The notes beneath the pieces were generated by a model. It saw only the letters and a program-made list of their open reading frames with translations. It was not told where the DNA came from and searched no databases. The translations under genes were made by a program, and so were the position numbers. A stretch of 64,000 nt of DNA from Trichoplax adhaerens (taxonomy: Eukaryota > Animalia > Placozoa): positions 747,614 through 811,613 of the forward strand of contig NW_002060944.1 of assembly GCF_000150275.1 (NCBI RefSeq), given 5' to 3'. Positions 56,045 to 64,000 of the stretch are shown in pieces. The stretch's first letter is position 1, and each line of letters begins with the position of its first letter.

Positions 56045-56402
56045 AGAAGGAAGTTACCGCAATCGCATCAAATGCATATAGATCAGTACTTACTCAGCAA
56101 TTGCTTGAATTCATTGTATCAATAAGCTGATAACAAGAGTAAATTGGAGGTGATACTTGTAGCAAAATAGAGCTGCAAGCGTAGTCGAATCAATCAGTCC
56201 AAGGCCTGCAAGGACCGAAGAAGTAGAAGGAAGCTGCCGCAATCGCATTAATTGCATTAGTATAGATCAGTACTTACTCAGCAATTGCTTGAATTCATTG
56301 TATCAATAAGCTGATAACAAGAGTAAATTGGAGGTGATACTTGTAGCAAAATAGAGCTGCAAGCGTAGTCGAATCAATCAGTCCAAGGCCTGCAAGGACC
56401 GA
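56045..56402. repeat. Two-copy ~181-bp tandem duplication in the ZZEF1-NUF2 intergenic region
   Basis: 'tatagatcagtacttactcagcaattgc...caaggcctgcaaggaccga' is identical at ~56077-56218 and ~56261-56402. The preceding ~35 bp are similar. Confidence 0.95.
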
Positions 56403-56654
56403 GTGAGTCAGCCTAGTCATGGCTATCCTAGTCAGCATGTAGCCGCTCTGATGCAGTACTAACTCGACTCAAGCATCCGTTGTTTTGCATGCCTACACCA
56501 AGCGTAGCATCACAATCTATCTCGTCCACACCCAATGCCGTTGTATTTCAGCTACCATAGTAAAAGCAGTATACAATCGACGTGTATATACGATGCAAGA
56601 TACTCCACTACCATCAGCTGGAAACCAAATCGATTGCCATAACGATTGTCCTAT

Positions 56655-56750
56655 CCAATAGCGATGTCTAGCATACTTCCCCCGTACAGTAGGCACAAGT
56701 GGTTTGGACCAATCACAAGCCTCCATTTTATGACGTCAAGATTTGAATTT
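56655..56750 (+). promoter_or_regulatory. Candidate cell-cycle promoter module upstream of NUF2 (CCAAT x2, CRE, CHR)
   Basis: CCAAT at 56655-56659, GACCAATCA at 56707-56715, TGACGTCA at 56731-56738 and TTTGAA at 56742-56747, all within 95 bp and ~360 bp before the ATG. Confidence 0.5.
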
Positions 56751-57104
56751 GAGACAACAATAGCCGAGGCGGCAGGAAACATCTGCTCCAAGCTGCTGTT
56801 AAGCGTCGAGTAGACTGTTCCATACTGTTGATCGATCAACTAGGTTTAGTATAGTCGCTTGGGATCGTATTTTATTCTGTATAGCGTAACGCATCGTATC
56901 GCCAAGTTGGCAGTTAAATCGTGTCGAAAACGACTCATGTTTCAGGCATTGGACTGATGTTGGTATGAGGTCCAATCGATCTGCCGCTTATTTCCTCGAT
57001 TGGGCATCCATCTTGCTCGATTTACTTTGCTAATCCAGGCCTAAACTCGTCTAAATTAGCCATTTTAACCACTGTTCTCTGTGCTAAGACAGCTTAACGC
57101 CATC

Positions 57105-60100
57105 ATGACCACTGTAGCAGCGTCTTCGTATGCTTTTCCAATTCTCAGTGTAGCAGATATTGTCAATTTTATCAAGCAACGCTTTCCAAACATTGCCTAT
57201 GTTACTGCGGATGATATCAACAAACCTCAGGTAAGCCTCTTCTATCCCACAAAATACTACCCAATTGAAGCCAATCGATCCTAGTTAGTCGAGTAGAAAG
57301 TAGGACTGCATCCCCTAAACGCCTAGAATACATTCAAAATTAGCTCGGTTGTCCTTATCCATTCGTTTAGTAACGCGATAGCTTACGATCTTACTTCAAA
57401 CTATGGCAAACTAGCGTTCGATCGACAGTGATGACCCATTCAAATCAGCTTGGCGATGCTTGTCCAATCGATCAGTAAATCTAGTTCAGGGATCATAGAC
57501 TACTGCTCCATCTAATTTATTGACTATATAACAGCATAGAGAGATTCAAAACTAGCTTGGCTGTCCTTATCCATTCGTTTAGTAACACGATAGCTTGCGA
57601 TCTTACTTCAAACTATGGCAAACTAGCGTTCGATCGACAGTGATGACCCATTCAAATCAGCTTGGCGATGCTTGTCCAATCGATCAGTAAATCTAGTTCA
57701 GGGATCATAGACTACTGCTCCATCTAATTTATTGACTATATAACAGCATAGAGAGATTCAAAACTAGCTTGGCTGTCCTTATCCATTCGTTTAGTAACAC
57801 GATAGCTTGCGATCTTACTTCAAACTATGGCAAACTAGCGTTCGATCGACAGTGATGACCCATTCAAATCAGCTTGGCGATGCTTGTCCAATCGATCAGT
57901 AAATCTAGTTCAGGGATCATAAACTACTGCTCCATCTAATTTATTGACTATATAACAGCATAGAGAGATTCAAAACTAGCTTGGCTGTCCTTATCCATTC
58001 GTTTAGTAACGCGATAGCTTGCGATCTTACTTCTAACCATGGCAAAGTACCGCCCGATCGACAATCATTGAGGGAGTCGACCTATTCAAATCAGCTTAGC
58101 GATGGTTGTCCAATCGATCAGTAAATCTAGTTCAGGGATCATAGACTACTGTTCCATCTAATTTATTGACTATATAACAGCATAGAGAGATTCAAAACTA
58201 GCTTGGCTGTCCTTACCCATTCGTTTAATAACGCGATAGCTTACGATCTTACTTTAAAGCATGGCAAAATAGCGTTCGATCGACAGTCATGACCTATTCA
58301 AATCAGCTTGGCGATGCTTGTCCAATCGATCAGTAAATCTAGTTCAGGGATCATAAACTACTACTCCATCGGATTGATTAAGTATACAACAGCATAGAGA
58401 GATTCAAAATTAGTTTGGCTGTTCTTATCCATTCGTTTAGTAACACGATAGCTTGCGATCTTACTTCAAACCAAGGCAAAGTACCGCTCGATCGACAGTT
58501 ATGACTCATTCAAATCAGCTTGGCGATGCTTGTCCAATCGATCAGTAAATCTAGTTCAGGGATCATAAACTACTGCTCCATCTGATTGACTGATTATACA
58601 ACAGCATAGAGAGATTCAAAATTAGCTTGGTTGTCCTTATTTATTCGTTTATTAACGCGATAGCTTACGATCTTACTTTAAAGCATGGCAAGATAGCGTT
58701 CGATCGACAGTTATGACCTATTCAAATCGACTTGGCGATGCTCGTCCAATCGATCAGTAAATCTAGTTCAGGGATCATAAACTACTTCTCCATCGGATTG
58801 ATTGAGTATACAACAGCATACAGAAATTCAAAATTAGTTTGGTTATCCTTATCCAATACTTTAGTAACGCTAAAACTTACGATCTGACTTCAAAGCATGG
58901 AAGAATACCGCTCGATCGACAATCGTTGAATAGAGTAGAGGGATTTAAATCAGCTTGATGACTGTTGTCCAATAAATCAGTAAATCTACTTAGTGGATTA
59001 TACAATACTGCTCGATGTAATTTACTTATTATACAGTATAACTGCATAGATGATTCCAAATTAGTTTAAAAGAATTGTCCTTATTCTATAGCTTAGTAAA
59101 GCAAGACTACATTAGAAGCCTGAAAAAATACCCCTGGATCGACAGTCATTGAAATAAGTCGACGGATCCCAATCAGCTTGACGATTGTTATCAAATCAAT
59201 TAGTCAATCTAATGAATGGATTAAGTAAATCTAAGTTTTTGCTTTAAGTAAATCCAGTGAATGCATGCTATAATACTGATCATTCTACTTTACTTATTAT
59301 ACGAGTAGAATAAAGTAGACAAATTCATAATTAGCTTGGTTGTCCTTATCCAATACTTTAGTAACGCTAAAACTTCAGTCATTGAAAAGAGTAGACGGAC
59401 TACTGGTAGAATGACCTTGATAATTTTTGTCTAAAAAATAAATCACTAAATCTAGTTAATAGATTATAAAATACTCCCTGCTCTCGTAGACTAATGATAT
59501 CGTAACATGGATAGATTGAAAATTGACTTCATTGTCCTTATCCCATCGTTTAGTAACGCTAAAAGCTTGCTTTCTCATCACGCAATCAAGTTAGACTCGA
59601 AAAAAATAGACGCATCGAGATCGGTCTACACAGTACTGTTGGCTTATTCTTGACGTTTGCAAATTTCAACCAAGCTCAAGCATTAACAAATACCTTGCTA
59701 GAGGATTGCTCACAAACTGAACGCTATATTCTTTGCATTCCATACTAGAGACCAGCATTTCGTGATACTGCAGTCTTCTATTTCTCCGCTTTCGCCATAT
59801 AAAATGTTCACCCATGATGTAGTTTTCTATCACCTAGTATTAAGAAAGGTTCAGAAAAAGCAACACTGTATCCCATCATTTCACCACAACTGTAGACTAC
59901 CAATATTCACCAATGATACAGTTAGGATCTTGGATAGCACCTTCTACGGTCGAGAAATGTATTCATCTATTCCACTGGTGTAAACAACAAATTTTGATCA
60001 ATGATATAGTAGAATCTTGTGCTCTACAGGTGCCGCTTGTAGACAAAAAAAATACTTAGAAAGGGACACTGGACCTGTATTCTTTTACACGTATTCCGCC

Positions 60101-63100
60101 AAATGTAGAAGAGAAAATGCTATCAATGTAGACAAAAACTATTCAGAAACTAGACATCATGTTGTTGTATTCCGTTTTTTGTAGACAAGAAATATCAAGA
60201 TATCAATGTAGACAAAAACTATTCAGAAACTAGACATCATATTCTTGTATTCCACTTTTATTGACAAGAAATGTCAAGATATCAATGTAGACAAAAACTA
60301 TTCAGAAACTAGACATCATGTTCTTGTATTCCACTTTTGTTGACAAGAAATGTCAAGATATCTATGTAGACAAAAACTATTCAGAAACTATACATTATGT
60401 TCTTGTATTCCACTTTTGTAGACAAGAAATGTCAAGAAATTATATGCTGTATTCATGGAAAGTTTAACAGGATTCGATGGCAATTACCAGGTGAGTTAGC
60501 TGATCTTCAACATGCTAGTCTACGACAATGCAGTCTACGAGTTCAACTGATATTTGGACTCTTTGCAATCTCATAATTATAATTGTTGTGTAGCCACGTT
60601 TTGCGGCGTTAGAAAACTGCCAATTTGCTGATTCGATACAAGAACCTTTATCTGTAGTGGTCTTCTCAATGGTGCTGTAAGTAGAATTATCAATGTATCC
60701 TTTTCATGCATTAGTAATAGGAAGCATCCATCCAATACAGTGCAAGGTCTTCAAGTCTTGCAAGATCTTAGTTACTTGTAATGTATCAATAATCAATCAT
60801 ATCAATTCAGACAGAAATGGATAGTACTGTATTAATAGGAATCTAAATAATTTACTTTCAATCACGATAAAGATCCAAAGTACTAAAAGACTCTGGTGTT
60901 AATGGTGTTAACTTGGACGATATACTTTCACCAGGTAAGTAGAAAGAACTAATAAATGAGTTATTAATAATCGTAACCAGTAGGCTTAAAAATTTTAATG
61001 TACCTATGAGGTAGAATGAGAATCATGAATTAATTGTAATGATGTAGTGAAAAGTAAATTATTTAAACTTATTAATTTGGACAACAGCTAATAGCCAGGC
61101 ATGCTACCGGTAGTAATAGCCTTTGCAATACAAAATGTGCTCATACTAATAATACCAATGTAATTATGTATCTTTTACAGCAAGAAAGAAAACCATCCGC
61201 AATTTGAGGTAACTGCAATATAATTTTTCATAGAATACCGAGACATCCTTTAAAGCAGTTCATTTTCCATTGAAATTATCCATACTCCTTGAGGTCACAT
61301 TGCATTGAAATAGACTATTCCATTACTATAGCTCAATATTATTGACTGTATCCTACGTCGTATCAATAGTTTACATTAAAAATACACTTTGTATACTCTA
61401 TCAAATTATAGCAATAAATTGATTATGCCTAATTCAAGTGCAGTCTATGAATAAAATAGAACCCTAGTAACTCAATGATAAACGAAATTTTAATGATTAA
61501 ACAACTTGCTTACACAATTATCCGAGAATAACGCGTAGATTGACTCTTTATCTACCTTGTATCATCATTGCAGTGCTTTAATCAACTTTCAACGATTCGT
61601 CGATTCTCAAATACACATTTTCGAAGAAAGCGCATCAGTAGCTGTAAGTATCGATCAATATATTTTTGTAAACTTTTTCCAGGTATTAAAATTGACAGCA
61701 TACAGATATTAACAATCTTGCTTAAATACAGGAATCATTAAACAACCAACACCAGCAATTGCGAGTCAAAAGCCAAGAATTAGATCAAAAAATCACTAAT
61801 CTAAAGTACATCTTTCTTACGAATCTCTCTTCATTCATTTAATGTCAATTGTTGCAATTATCATGTACGATAAATCATTTCGCATTTATATCATTTTAGA
61901 GCCAAAAAGGCCATGGAGGATATAAAAATGAAAGATGTATGCCTTCGCATTTTAGCGCTCTCTATCTCGTACGACTAATTCGAAATCGCTTACAAAAGAT
62001 AACTAATCATTTGGAAATATTTCAATGTACTTATTATAGCTATTACCTCAAGTTGAAAATTTAGAAAACGAATTGAGTCGATTTGATGAGCAGCAGGTAC
62101 AAAAAATAATGGATGCTATCAAAAATAATAATTTGTACAAAGACAATCTTGTCATCATATCCAAATAACCATTAAATCAATTAATTGAACGGATTTATAT
62201 CGTTGTTATTCCTGTACTGATTGCATTGGTCGTTGCTTTTAATGACAGCAAAATCTCAACCAGGAAATGAGCAACCTAAAAATCAAGACTTCAGAAAATG
62301 AAAATCATTTGGTAACTCCTTTAATTAGACAATTTTTATTATAATTCAACAGAAAAAAGTGAAATTGATGGCAAATAATGTTGTATTCATCTTACAGATA
62401 AAATTCAGAAAAAACAAAGCAGAATTGGACAAAAATGTAGAGAAACTTAATCAGCGAATTGTTGCTTCTCCAGAAAGATTGCAAAGCGTAAGTTTTTAGT
62501 GCAGAACCAAATCATTCCAATTTAACTCTAAATTATCATTACTATTTAGATAGATAGAATAAATTGTTATTCTTTCATTTCATGTTTTATTAATATTAGA
62601 CTTTAGCCAGCTTGACAACACGCATAGATGACTGTAGAAAAGAAATAGAAGATAAACGAATCAAAAATGAAGAGAATGTTGAAAAAATTAATAAATTGTC
62701 TGACTGCACAGAGGTACACGAACAGAGTTTGTAATGTAATTTCTTTTGAAATGCGCCTTTTGACTGTCATTTTCAACATAGGCATGCGATGAACTAACTA
62801 CCTTATGTAAAAGTACACTTACCGAAATGGATCGATACCGGTAACAAGAGCCATTAAATAATAATTTATATCGCATTATCACTTGAAAAGTAATTGTAAT
62901 CCTACTTTACACTGCCATAGCGAGAATGTCCGAGAGTATGAGGCAGTCGTTGATTTACGAATAGAAAAGACTGAAGCATTGCGTGAACTAAATCTCAACG
63001 TCCAGGTAGTACACTTTTTAGAAAAAGTGACTCAATAGTATATAATTCATGATAAATGTATTTATGTATACATATGTAATTTGAAACATTCAACAATTTT

Positions 63101-63677
63101 TTTTCTTACAGAATTTAGAACGAGAATTGCAATCAAAACGAGACACACTGGCTACTGTAAGATCGCAAAACAAAACTAAATTAAACCAAGTTGAAAAATT
63201 ACTCGAAGAAAAGCAAAGGTAAGTAACATGGTCTACATATCGTCCGAATTTTGTATCAGCCACTTGAGATTATCCTCTATTTCAACCATTCTAACTTGGC
63301 CAGTAATAAGTAACTTACACGTTTCATTGCAGGGAGCTTGCTGACTTTCAAAAGAAAAGGCATGAAGACAATGAACAAGCAATGGAGCTATCTCATGAAA
63401 TGGATGCTATTAAAGCAGAAATTGAAAAATCGAGAAATGAGCATGCTGGTAAAATCAAGAAAGCTGAGGATACTTATGAACTTTTGCTACAAGAGGTAAC
63501 GTTTTGAAAATGTTTGCTATTGTACAAATTTTTTCTACCAATAACGTACTATCCTTAGGCAGATATTTTACTTACTTTTTTCTCCTGTTTACGTAGTTGG
63601 ATAACTACCATCAGAAATTAGCGGAATCATGGAAAGAAGTCACCGACTCCTTGGAAATAAAACCAACGATACCATAA
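57105..63677 (+). CDS. NUF2: Kinetochore protein Nuf2 (NDC80 complex), ~17 exons
   Basis: Phase-consistent exons: 57105-57230 'MTTVAASSYAFPILSVADIVNFIK...DDINKPQ', 60422-60490 'TRNVKKLYAVFMESLTG', 60594-60676, 60873-60934 'DDILSP', 61181-61208 'RKKTIRNL' and 61574-61643 'SALINFQRF'. Coiled coil with 'IVASPERLQ'. Last exon 63597-63677 ends in TAA. Matches the Nuf2 FP.L, D...P...RT...LS..INF and IV.SPE.L signatures. Confidence 0.93.
57333..59570. repeat. 212-bp tandem array in NUF2 intron 1 (7 well-conserved units plus ~4 decaying)
   Basis: Unit starts (TTCAAAA.TAG) at 57333, 57545, 57757, 57969, 58191 (preceding unit 222 bp), 58403, 58615 and 58827, then degenerate at ~59054, ~59323 and ~59516. 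Confidence 0.97.
60121..60437 (+). repeat. Four-copy 79/80-bp tandem repeat overlapping the NUF2 exon 2 acceptor
   Basis: Units start at 60121, 60201, 60280 and 60359. The last unit supplies 'cacttttgtag|ACAAGAAATGTCAAG', the 3' splice site and first codons of exon 2. Confidence 0.95.
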
Positions 63678-64000
63678 ATACGTTACTGTAGAATTGTATG
63701 CACAAACACATATTCTACCTTATGTGATATTAAAATAGTGTTATCTGTATGTGTGTATCTGTAATGCAAACAGGTTGCATTCTAGTATTCACATCATACT
63801 CCCCTAAAAATTTATATGATTGATTTTTTAACTATACTGTACTTACAAGACCTTGGACCATTCCACATACTGCATGCGATGTGGACATGTACCCATGCCA
63901 CCATGGTTCGTAGGGCTATATTGGAATAACAAAAAATGTACCTTGATTTTGTAATTATGCGTCCAAAATCTGTTCGACTGTCTGTTTCAAGAATCTTAGA

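Noticed and set aside
57333-59570. CRISPR or RNA-gene array
   Set aside because: Head-to-tail full-length repeats without spacers, no recognisable tRNA/5S/snRNA motifs, located in an intron.

Overview
Eukaryotic, AT-rich, intron-dense DNA. Short ~80-120 nt introns, intronless GPCR arrays and 'QGKY..AL.MY.KSL' TPR remnants point to a placozoan (Trichoplax-like) genome, which is inference only. The left half (1-31 kb) is a gene birth-and-death zone: three tandem intronless class A GPCRs (one frameshifted), a decayed LGR/RXFP-type receptor, several TPR pseudogene remnants, two related solo LTRs with target-site duplications, three non-autonomous Helitron ends, a 71-bp foldback element and an old 80-bp satellite. 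The right half holds two multi-exon genes arranged head-to-head: ZZEF1 (minus, 55277->31784) and NUF2 (plus, 57105->63677). Both first introns are inflated by tandem repeats, and a compact CCAAT/CRE/CHR motif cluster lies between the genes. I found no prokaryote-type novel system (CRISPR, defence island). The best leads are the transposon relics validated by paralogous empty sites, the repeat that duplicates a NUF2 splice acceptor, GPCRs lacking the sodium pocket, and the remodelled ZZ fingers. Exons and alignments were read by eye, and identities are estimates.
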